Origin: Nitrosopumilus sp.
GTDB taxonomy: Archaea; Thermoproteota; Nitrososphaeria; Nitrososphaerales; Nitrosopumilaceae
Assembly: GCA_965204345.1 (NCBI GenBank)
Contig: OZ241981.1
Location: 1,760,001 to 1,824,000, forward strand
Length of the DNA stretch: 64,000 nucleotides
Direction: 5' to 3'
Shown: one piece after another, positions 1 to 10,510 of the stretch
Layout: every line of letters begins with the position of its first letter
How positions within the stretch are numbered: position 1 is the stretch's first letter
Notes under the pieces: model-generated
The model's database searches: none
What the model saw: only the letters and a program-made list of their open reading frames with translations
What the model was told of the DNA's origin: nothing
Translations under genes and position numbers: made by a program

Positions 1-235
1 AAAACTAGAGGGTTTTGCTATCAATTCATCTGAATATGACAAATGCTTGTTCTCTCTGGGTGCAACTTTTCTAGGTTTCCAAGGATTTTTAAAAAAAGGT
101 GATGCCCTGATGACAATCTGTTACTGTATATCCCACTTTTTGTGTTTTTTTAATTCATTTACCACAAAAGCTGTAGAAATAAACCGCTTTGATTTATGGA
201 CTTTGTAAGATGTTCACTTGATTGTGATTTCTTAT

Positions 236-510
236 CAGCAGTGCTGCTCATTAAAACCTTCCAAATGTCTGGTCATCTCAAAATTTGATTTTTTTTCTGC
301 TTGTCCAAGTATTAAATCCAAAAATAATGAAAAAACTCTATCATTTATCAAATGTCCGTTTTTTCCTAGAAATTTTAAAACAAACTTGATTGTCTGACCA
401 TTCCAAGTGTTCCCCTCATCAATTAGTTTATCTGGATGCGACCCCTGTCTTTGATAATCTTTTTTGAGTTTTTTAAACCACTCTTCAATCTCTGGATTTT
501 CCTTGATCTG
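236..510 (-). pseudogene. Degraded ORF fragment of unknown family
   Basis: Manual translation gives about 90 open codons (QIKENPEIEEWFKKLKKDY...LEGFNEQHC*) with no start codon; fragments continue in other frames toward the window edge. Confidence 0.35.
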
Positions 511-614
511 TTTTTATTTTTTGATACATAACATAAATGTCAGATGCGTTATTTGCAAAATTTTTGAGTTTTTCTAGGTTTCTTAGGGCATGCTGCTGCT
601 GCTGCTTAGATGAC

Positions 615-767
615 CTAACGCTTATGCAGATGCGGCGCTTTGAGGATTGTGCTTTTCTCAGAGTTATTTGAGCCTGCTATGACATTTGGTTTTCCAAAAT
701 TTGTCCGGTATTCCTCGTTAAAACACCCAAAATTTTTTATTTTTATAAAATCCGGCACAAGGGTCAT
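615..767 (-). pseudogene. N-terminal remnant of an ABC/AAA-type ATPase (AAA_15/OLD/SMC-like)
   Basis: MTLVPDFIKIKNFGCF...NVIAGSNNSEKSTILKA matches the IxIxNF...N(V/I)xxGxNxSGKST pattern; the Walker A Gly is replaced by Glu and a stop follows after 50 codons. Confidence 0.6.
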
Positions 768-850
768 TTTGTCTTCTATGTCATACTGTTCGGATCTGAT
801 TGCACTGTTAACTGGATCATCTCAGAATTAAAAAAAGGGTGCCAGATATG

Positions 851-3800
851 TCATCCACACGTGCAGGTGGTGAAACTGATTTTTACATCGTCAATTTGTA
901 CGTCCTCGTTGAAGCTATCCTGCTGGGTTACAAACCGCAAATTAAAATCAGACACCCCAATGTATTCTGACAAGTCAAATGATTCTTCGTGCCATGTGCC
1001 GTCATTGCCTTCACTGTTTGCAGACCAGTCGTATATGGTGTCCCATGTCCTGCCATTATACAGCTCTACTTTGAGATACTCGTCTTGACCCAGTGCCGAG
1101 TCAACGAATCTCCAAAACGACAGGGATGCCGAAGGGTGTGACAGGTCTATTGGATCATCTGAGGTGAATGTGCCATTCCTGATGCCCTCTACAATTGTTT
1201 TGATTTCTTGTGACAGGTCTATTGGATTATCTAGGGCGATTGTACAGGAGGTCACGCAGTCATCAGCGTGCAGTACCAGATTTGTTGAGTTATGATTCGG
1301 TGCTATTGGGACTGAATGCCTTACTGATGTGGATGTTGTCCAGTTGTCTTGGTCTGTTTTAGTCCATTTATCTAATTCGTCTTCAAAGTCATCTGAAAAT
1401 ATGAGCGGGATTTCGGATTGTTGACGAGGAGGGTCGCCAGGATCATATTTTACATTTATGCTCCATTTGTTGAGTTTCCCTTTATCCCATCTGGTATTGT
1501 CCTCTACTGAGAGAACCCAGTCGCCCTTAATGTAGGATTTTTCAAGCGTATCAAATAATGGAGCAGTATACGTCTGTCTGATCTCCCTAGCACCGACGTC
1601 CTTGTTGTCATTGGCATCATTGTTGTCATGAAGGATAATCTGTATTCCGTTTGGGGATGTAAGAACTAGTTTAAGCTCATTACTGTAGGTATGATCAATG
1701 TCTACTGATACAGATAAATCAAATAACTCTCCGTTTGTCGGGATGGTTATGGTACTAGTCGTATTCTGATTTCTCGTATTGTTTGGTATTGCAAAAGTGG
1801 AGAATGCAGTTGACTGATATGTAGAGTATGGAGGACACGAGTCTGTAGGACATTGTTCTAGAAAGTATTTGACATCCATCTGGACATTGTTGAGATTAGA
1901 TGCAGTAGAATTACCCACATTGTTTGGAGTAATAGTAGTATCAGATGGCTGATTCAAGTCATATGCTGCGTCTTCATCTACTCCGTCAGCAGAAAGCGTT
2001 GCATTCAGGATTGTAATGGGCGGTGCAATATTTATGACACGTTTCCCGCTTGGAGGCACTGCAATCTCATACAAGTCTTCTTCGGTAGTGAAAATTTTCA
2101 GGTCGGTTCCCTCCATGTTTACAGATTGTACAATCAATGCAGATACAGTATGGTTTATTCCTAGGAATGATACCGAATAATCATTGTCCATGAATCCTGA
2201 TTTTACCTCCATGTGATTCCAGTCTACCATATCCAATGGGTCTGGTAACTCTGTTGTTGGGCCGCCGCCAGGCGGAAGTGATTCGGAGCGAAGAGTAATA
2301 GTTGCAGGACTGCCAGAGTCCACACCATCATGCGGTGTTACCTCAATTGTATCGGTGCCTGCAAAGTCAGAGTTTGGTGTGAATATGGCACGGGATGCGG
2401 TCTTTGTGATAAACTCGTCAGTTGTTATGGTTCCCTGTGTTGGATCTTTGGATATTCTAAATGATACGGCATCGCCGTCAGAATCTGAGGCTACTAACCG
2501 TATCACCTTTTCTGCTCCAGGGCTGACTATTACTGTGCGTGATTCTGCCACAGGAGGATTGTCCTGAGGTGGTGATGATGATGATGGTACATATATGAGG
2601 GGATTGGTGCTTGCCAGTGCAAAGTTTTGTACCGGCTTGTTTATGTTATCAATGTTTGAGCCGCTAACTGTTATGGTGTATGGTCCGGTGAGAGGGGGGT
2701 CAAACACTGCAAACTCGTTTGTCTGGTGGTCTGATGCTGCCCGTATTATGGTAGTATCATCCGGAGATGTTATGGTAAAATCCAAATTGGCAATAGGAAC
2801 TGCTGTACCATTATGATCCAACTGTTCGTCTATACTGCCATGCGGATGAACCAGCCATGACAGTATCACTTTGACTGGTTTTTCGGTGTCACGTACGACA
2901 AACTCGTACTTCTTTTTATCTGTATTTGACTCTAGATGGTTTGACATTATATGGGATGATGATGATGCACTGTGAACATACCTGAGTGATTCAGCAGTGT
3001 TTAATATGCCAAAGCCCACATTGTTTAGGATTCCAAGGGATGCAACATTGTTTGCCACAAAAGGATCCGAAGGCTGTCGGGCATAAGAACAGTTGTCGCT
3101 GGGATTGTTTTCTTCATACTGTGCAGACGTGCAAGGGACTGGACCCTGCCAGTCAGCCCCAAGAAGAAGTGCGGCCTTTATCTCAACTGGGGTCAGATCA
3201 GGTTCTGCCTGTAGCAACAGGGCAGCAGTTGCACTTACCTGGGGATTGGCAAGACTGGTTCCGGACCGAGGACTAAAAGTGTCAGCATCTGCAACATTAT
3301 CCAGTGTCTGAATACGCTGTGCAGGTGCAACTATCTCAGGCTTTAGCAGGACTGTTCCGGGTGCTGGACCCCTGCTTGCAAAGCTTGCTCTTTTTATTAT
3401 TTCACCACGATCATTTATTCCGCCTACGGTAATTTCATTGTGTCCGCATCCGGGATGAGTTATTGATTGATAAACTGGCTAGTTTGGCGCTCCATAAATT
3501 GTGCCCCTGTTTCCTGCAGATGATACTAGAACCATTCCCTTGTCAACTGCCTCATTTGTGATGAGGTTGGTTGTGTCTGCATCATTTTTATCGCAGATTC
3601 CAAAACCAAAACTCATGACTGCTATGTCGGCTCCTTTTTTGAGAGACCAGTCAAGGGCATGTGCCACGTCACTTCTAGTTGCATTAATGAAGATACGATT
3701 CTTATCTTCATCTACATCGTGCCTGGTAATTGAGGCATCCAAAAGTTCCACACCTGGAGCAATGCCGTTATGAGCTGGGAGTCCTGATGCGGCAAGAACC

Positions 3801-4567
3801 TGAGCTATATGCGTACCATGGGATGTAAAATTATGATCAGGTACATTAGTACTGTTAACGCCGATCACACTATCGGCAGTTGCAGGCTCACACGTATCAT
3901 CACACAGCACACGATCAATTATTCTGTCGTTAAATGCTATATCGTGGTTGATGCCCCTGTCAATGATTGCCACAACAACACCACTACCATCAAGATTGCC
4001 ATCAGTTGGAGTATTAATCTCGTTTGGAGTTGCATGTACGGTTCCCCTGGTCGTATCAATCTCCAGAGTTACTGGGGTTTCACCATCTCCCATGGCATAC
4101 ACCTCGTCATAAAGTGAGAATCCAGGAATGTCTGCAACTGGGATAGATGCAGTTACAAATGAGAGTGATTCTGCTGCCGCTATGTTGCGTGCACCAAGAA
4201 GATCAAGTCTCTTTACTATTGCATCCTTGTTCTCGCGCGCGGTCTCATCGGCATCTCTGTCATCATCCCCGTCATCTCTGGCCACTACAATTAGGACATC
4301 ATGGTATCGTGTGCCGTCATGTACCCCATAGTCGCCATCTTGGGGTACTTCGGATATGAGACTCTGGATTTTATCATAAAAACCGCCATCAAACTTGGAG
4401 GGTACATCCACACTTGCAACAGAACCCAATGTGTTGTTATCTGGGATAAGATTACCTGGCACTTCAAACTGTTCATTCTCATCAGTTTGGGATATGGAAA
4501 CTAGAGGTGATGTAAATAAAATGGCGAGTGAAAAAATTATGACAGTTAGCATTATTTTAGAATTCAT
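851..4567 (-). pseudogene. Secreted multidomain S8 subtilase (signal peptide, propeptide, S8, beta-sandwich, cadherin/Ig-like, proprotein-convertase P domain, MAM-like C-terminus) interrupted by one in-frame TAG
   Basis: ORFs 3479..4567 and 851..3217 are in the same frame, with TAG at 3479-3481 the only stop. Motifs: VAIIDRG (Asp), SHGTHIA (His), SAGN (oxyanion), and after the stop SITHPG...ITVGG...KPEIVAP...GTSLANP (Ser at 3254-3256). Confidence 0.9.
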
Positions 4568-4600
4568 GAATAATCATATTATGATTACTTGTATTTATCT

Positions 4601-4619
4601 ATTTTGTCATTAGGATTCT
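4601..4619. repeat. Left direct repeat (target-site duplication) of the IS481-like element
   Basis: ATTTTGTCATTAGGATTCT is identical to 5656-5674. Confidence 0.85.
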
Positions 4620-5655
4620 ATTGTACGAAAATTATGTCCGCCTAAGCTCAGGCTTCAGGCAAGGGATTATTACCGTATATGCCGATCACGAATAATGAAG
4701 AGAACCAGACTAAAGGAGGACCAGACCAGATACATCATACGTCAGCGTCAAAAGGGCACAGCTGCATCTGTTCTGGCCCAAACCATGCAGGTCAGCGCAA
4801 GGCACGTCAGACGCATATGGGCAGCCTACCGCAAGACCAGAACAATAAACTCCCACAGAAAGCCAGGAAGACCCAGAAAGACAATATCATCTGAGGATGT
4901 ACGTCGTGTTCTTAAGACATATGATGAGGATCATGCAGTAATACGTACGACTCGCCACCTCAGAAAGTCATCTCATATAAGCTACCATACAGTATACAAA
5001 ATAATGAAATCCAACGGACTGGCCAGACTGTCTCCTCAAAAATCCAAGAAGAGAAAGTACGTCAGATATGAGCGACTGTATTCCAATGCAATGTGGCATG
5101 TGGACTGGCACGTAATGAAGGATCCACGCCTAAAAGGACTGCAACTTGTGGCATATTTGGATGATGCATCCCAGATGCATAACGGGATTTGGGATATTTG
5201 ATAGTACCACAAGCCAGAACACTGTAGCCGTTTTGCGCAAGGCTATCAAGTCATTTGGCACGCCAGGTCAGATACTTTCAGACAATGGAGCCCAGTTCAC
5301 ATCCAGAAACCGCGGTGTACCTGCCAAGGGATGGAAGCCCACCCTGTTTGAGGAAGAAGCCTTGGAGAGGGGTATTGCCCTGATTAACTCGCGGCCCCAC
5401 CACCCGCAGACCAACGGCAAGATTGAGAGATTCTTTAGGACACTTGAGGATGAGCTTGTACACTTTGAGACGGTGGGGGAGTTCATCGACTTTTACAATG
5501 AGGATAGACTGCATTTTTCTCTGGACATAGAGAACTGTCAGGTGCCTCTGATGGCATTTAAGGCCAAAAAGGTTCCTGATACGATCAGGAAAAGCAACCA
5601 AAAAGGGATGGAGGTGGACATAAATGACTAGCGGACATAATTATCATATAATACA
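4617..5655 (+). mobile_element. IS481-family insertion sequence
   Basis: Imperfect terminal inverted repeats TCTATTGTACGAAAATTATGTCCGC (4617-4641) and GCGGACATAATTATCATATAATACA (5631-5655), flanking direct repeats, and an internal rve-type transposase. Confidence 0.85.
4695..5631 (+). pseudogene. IS481-family DDE transposase with a frameshift
   Basis: HTH N-terminus, then RYE...WHVD, YLDDAS|RCITG, SDNGAQF and HPQTNGKIERF. An extra C in TCCC (~5169-5172) splits it into ORFs 4695..5201 and 5146..5631. Confidence 0.85.
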
Positions 5656-5674
5656 ATTTTGTCATTAGGATTCT
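5656..5674. repeat. Right direct repeat of the IS481-like element
   Basis: Identical to 4601-4619. Confidence 0.85.
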
Positions 5675-5719
5675 GCTAAGTTGATGAGTACGGCATTCCC
5701 AGTGTTAATTCTCAAGGGG

Positions 5720-5826
5720 TGAATTAAGAGTTCTGATAAGTTTTGGTGTTTCATTTCTAGTATTAGCAAGGGTAGTTTTTCCTGTCAATGATGAATTAAG
5801 AGTTCTGATAAGTTTTGGTGTTTCAT
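5720..5826. repeat. Two perfect 35-bp direct repeats separated by 37 bp
   Basis: TGAATTAAGAGTTCTGATAAGTTTTGGTGTTTCAT at 5720-5754 and 5792-5826. Confidence 0.9.
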
Positions 5827-5969
5827 GCCACAAATCACAAATCTGAGAGATCTAGCATTGCACCTCTTTTGGGATTTTTTGATGGCCAGAATATGCAATT
5901 CTTTTTTTTAAGAAAACCGTCTCTTTTGCAGTTTACTGTCAAATTCCGCTAGTCAGAATCTACCTGACC
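5801..5969 (+). mobile_element. MITE-like repeat, copy 1 (IS6-like end)
   Basis: Collinear similarity to 14103-14258 and 45542-45658: GTTCTGATAA, CACAAATCACAAAT, TTTGGGATTTTTTGA, TAAGAAAACCGTCTCTTTTGCAGTTT, TCAGAATCTACC. Confidence 0.6.
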
Positions 5970-7271
5970 CAAAAACTGCCTTGCAGTATAATGGATCAAA
6001 AATACCTGAAGATAGCGAGAATGGCAAAGGGGGGGGAGGAAAGGCTAGCCCAGCGGAATCTCTACTGTCTGTGTCAGTGTTCCCTGCTCAGCGCCGTTGG
6101 TGCTAACGCTGATTGCGTTGCCGCCCTGCTGGATGCCTCTCAAGGAGTTGACCTGCTCATCAGTGTGCGTAAACTGTACAAAGACATTGAGGTCATCATT
6201 GCTGTCTTCCCTGCCATACCTGTCTGGGAACGCGATGGTAGTTACGGTTTGTCCTGAGATGCCAAGTTCTCTCTCTGCAAACACGTCTGGTACTGACTGC
6301 AACACCACGTATTGCGTTAGTGCCTCACCAGTATCCTCGTTTGTAAATTCAATGTTGGTGTTTAGGAATTCTCTGAGCACGTCTGGCAGGTCTGTCTGCG
6401 TTGATTTGTCGTTAATTTTCATGCTTGATTTTTGAGATACTGCCACGTTTGCATCCCCAGATGCAATTGCAATTTCTGCAGATGTTGGGACGGTGATCTT
6501 GTCTCCGTCTCCTGCCACAATCTCAATGGTGTCACCTCCCAAGAGAACGCCTCTCATGGAGTTGACCTTCTCACTATTGGATGAGATTTGCAAGAAGAGG
6601 TTTGGACTGTTGTTGTTGCTGTTGCTACTCTCCTCAGAACCGGGCCTGTCCACCAATGCGACGGTGGTAACGGTCTGTCCGCTGATTCCCAGTATGGTCT
6701 CGGCATATCTGTCAGGGTTTGATTGCAGTGTCTGGAATTCAGTGAGTTTCATACCGGTGTTAACATTTGTAATATCTGCAAAGTCGTTGATGAACTCACG
6801 GACTAGGTCAGGCGTTTGTACTTGGGTGGGGCCTGGCATGATAATGTCATCTGACAAATCCACTTTTTTGGATGACAGGTCAGGTGTTACAGCTGCACTG
6901 CCACCGGTAATAACAGGCGAGGATGATAACTCGTATGTGTTTACAGATACAGAGCCAGAACACTCGGTGAGGTTAAATGACTTTGAATCAGTTGATACTC
7001 CCCTTGCTGCGATATTTTCCACATGTACGCGTACAAATGACTCGTTTGGTGAGAGGCCTGCATCAAATGAGATTCTTCCAAGATAGGGCTGCTCATCAGA
7101 GCGTTCTGCCGTGATTATGCCTGCGTTGGTTCTAAGCTTTACAGACAGATTGTCAGTTACAGGACCGGCTATTACGTTGATTGTGTTTGTCTCACAGACG
7201 TCCCATTGTACGTCGTACAAAACAGCTCCGGAGGCATTGTTTGCAACAGATGAGCCGCTGAAGGAGGAGGC

Positions 7272-7355
<84 letters not shown>

Positions 7356-8099
7356 GCTGCGGCTACTGGAAGGTGTGGATGGTGTAGGTTCGACAGGAAC
7401 CGTAGAGAATGAGCCAAATGAGCTAAAGTGAGTGGTCCAGATGATCATATCAGGAGCATCACGAACAAAACAGGATTCCAACGCAGTGCCAGCTCCAAGG
7501 TTATCATTGGCAGTAGTCTGATTGACAGGAACAAACGGACACACAACCAGTGATCGTGATACCACGTTGCCATCTGTATCCTCTCCTGAGAAAAAGGCTC
7601 CCTCATGGTCTGCCTGGCCAGGCAAGAGTAATCTGACTGCCTGATCAAATGTCAGCCTGGTGTTGCCATCACCGACTGAGAATGCCAGTCCTATCTCGTC
7701 ACTTGGGGATGGAGGATCAACAGCAGTACCAGCAGTAACAAGGGTTGGAACGGCAATGGTGCCACTCCAATCATTTGATGAACCGTTTACAACTATGCCT
7801 GCTGGATAAGTGACAGATACAGTTTGGGAATCAGAGACATCAGTGATAACCTCAGTTGTAGAATCAGAAATTCTCACACTCTTTACTCCGCTTGCAGCAT
7901 CATCAGCAAACGTGGGGGTGGCATTAAAGTCAAGCAGCTGGCCATCAGTGGCGATAATTGTGTCAGGCAATGTGTCAGATACCACGTTGAGGGTGATCAG
8001 ATTTGAGGATGGCTCATATGTCACCACGCCACCATCGCCTCCAGATGGGATATCGGCCTCAATCTCATCTCCTGTGGTGCTGATGGTGATGGTAACTAA

Positions 8100-10510
8100 G
8101 TTAGATGCCTCATTGGGATTGCCTGCAAGGTCTGCTGCCATACCTGCACCTATTGATACGGTTACTGTTCCGTCTGTGGAGCCGCGTGCCACATTAAAGG
8201 TGTAGACACTTCCTTCTCCATTAATGTTGGATGCTGTCGGTGTGCCGCCGTTTGCAGTACCAGTTACTGTAATGTCTTCCAGATCAAAGTTCTCAATGTC
8301 CTCATCAAATGTTGCCGTAAAGGTTACGGGGTCATCGTTGGTGGTGGTGCCATCATCTGGTGTGATGGTTACTGTTGGGTCTACCATGTCCACTGTGAAT
8401 GTGCTAGTATTACTTGCAGTGTTGCCCCCCGCTGCCACACCGTCAGGTATGGTTACTGTCAGCTGTCCTCCTGTGGTGATGCCGTGTGTGACTGTAAAGG
8501 TGTATTCAGCACCGGTTCCAGCAAAGGCAGATATCAGGCCAGACGTGTCAGTTCCGTCAATTGTCACGACAATGTCATCGGCGATGAATTGTGTGACATC
8601 ACCGTCAAACGTTGCCGTAAATTCGATGGCCTCAGAGTTGGTAGGATCAGTTACATCGGTGCTCAGGGATACGGATGGGACAGTAGTATCTATTGTGACG
8701 GTAACTGGAGTAGATGCGGTGTTGTCATTGCCTGCAAAGTCTGCTGCCACACCTGCTGCAATTGACACAATTACGGTTCCGTCACCGGATATACCTGCAA
8801 CATTAAAGTTGTATATGCGGGCATTAACTGCTACAAAGCCGGATGCTGTAAGGGTGCCACCGTTGGCAGTGCCTTCCACTGTAATGTCTTCTAGTTCAAA
8901 GTTCCTAACGTCATCGTTAAATTCTACTGTAAATGGTACCGTATCAAGTCCGGTGCTGCTGCCTGCAGATGAAGTTACAGAGACTGTTGGGGCAAGAGTG
9001 TCTATGGTGACGGTAACTGAATTAGATGCCTCGTTGTTATTGCCTGCGGCGTCTGTTAGTGCATTTGCTGCAATTGATGCAGTTACGGTTCCGTCTGTAG
9101 TGCCGCGGAGAACCTCAAAGTTGTATATGCGGGCATTAACTGTCTGAACGTTGGATGCTTCAGGATTGGTGGCGTTTGCAGTGCCTGTTACTGTAATGTC
9201 ATCTAGGTTAAAGTCAACGTCCTTGTTGAATGTTGCCGTAAATGGTACTGTAGTAAGGTTGGTGAAATCATCTGCAGTTGTAGTTACAGAGACTGTTAGC
9301 GGAATGGTGTCTATGGTGACGGTAACTGAATTAGACGCCTCGTTGTTATTGCCTGCGGCGTCTGTTAGTGCATCTGCTGCAATTGATGCAGTTACGGTTC
9401 CGTCTGTAGTGCCGCGGGCTACATCAAAGGTGTAGGTACTGCCTGATCCGCCAAGGTTGTCTGCTACTGGACTGCCGCCGTTTGCAGTGCCTGTTACTGT
9501 AATGTCATCTAGGTTAAAGACAACGTCCTCGGTAAATGTTGCCGTAAAGGTTACGGGGTCATCGTTGGTGGTGGTGCCATCATCTGGTGTGATGGTTACT
9601 GTTGGGTCTACCATGTCCACTGTGAATGTGCTAGTATTACTTGCAGTGTTGCCCCCCGCTGCCACACCGTCAGGTATTGTTACTGTCAGTAGACCTCCTG
9701 TGGTGATGCCGTGTGTGACTGTAAAGGTGTATTGGGCACCGGTTCCAGCAAAGGCAGATATCAGGCCAGGTGTTTCGGTTCCGTCAATTGTCACGACAAT
9801 GTCATCTCGAATGAATTGTGTGACATCACCGTCAAACGTTGCCGTGAATTGTATGGCCTCAGAGTTGGTAGGATCAGTTACAGTTGTACTCAGGGATACG
9901 GATGGGACAGTAGTGTCTATGGTGACGGTGACCGGAGCAGATGGGGTGTTGGGGTTGCCTGCAAAGTCGTTTGCCTCACCTGCTGCAATTGATGTAATTA
10001 CGGTTCCGTCTGTAGAACCGCGAGAAACCTCAAAGGTGTATGTGCGGGCATCAACTCTTACAAAGTTTGATGCTGCGGGACTACCGTTGTTTGCGGTGCC
10101 TGTTACCGTAATGTCACCTAGGACAAACTCCCTAACGTCCTCGGTAAACGTTGCCGTAAACGTTACGGGGTCATCTCCGGTAGTGGTGCCATCAGCTGGT
10201 GTGATAGTTACGCCGGGAGATATCCTGTCCACTGTGAATGTACTAGTATTACTTGCAGTGTTGCCCTCTGCTGCCACATCGGCAGGTATGGTTACTGTTA
10301 GTAGACCTCCTGTGGTGATGCCGTGTGTTACTGTAAAGGTGTATTCAGCACCGGTTCCAGCAAAGGCAGATATCAGGCCAGACGTGTCAGTTCCATCAAT
10401 TGCCACGACAATGTCATCGGCGATAAATCCTGTCACACCACTGCTAAATGTTGCCGTAAATTGTATGGCCTCAGAGTTGGTAGGATCAGTTACATCTGTA
10501 CTCAGGGAGG
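8100..10510 (-). repeat. Intragenic Ig-like (Big) domain repeats, some near-identical at DNA level
   Basis: Repeated units such as TDPTNSEAI.FTATF and DGTTTNDDPVTFTATF; ~8305-8700 is almost identical to ~9535-9930. Confidence 0.85.

Noticed and set aside
1137-1228. 19-bp direct repeat in the S8 C-terminal domain (PIDLS twice)
   Set aside because: Small in-frame internal duplication or insertion with no sign of a mobile or regulatory role.
5160-5180. Programmed frameshift in the IS481 transposase
   Set aside because: No slippery heptamer is visible; a single extra C inside the catalytic core looks like an inactivating insertion.
5720-5826. CRISPR array
   Set aside because: Only two repeats, no cas genes or leader in the window, and the repeat overlaps a MITE-like end.
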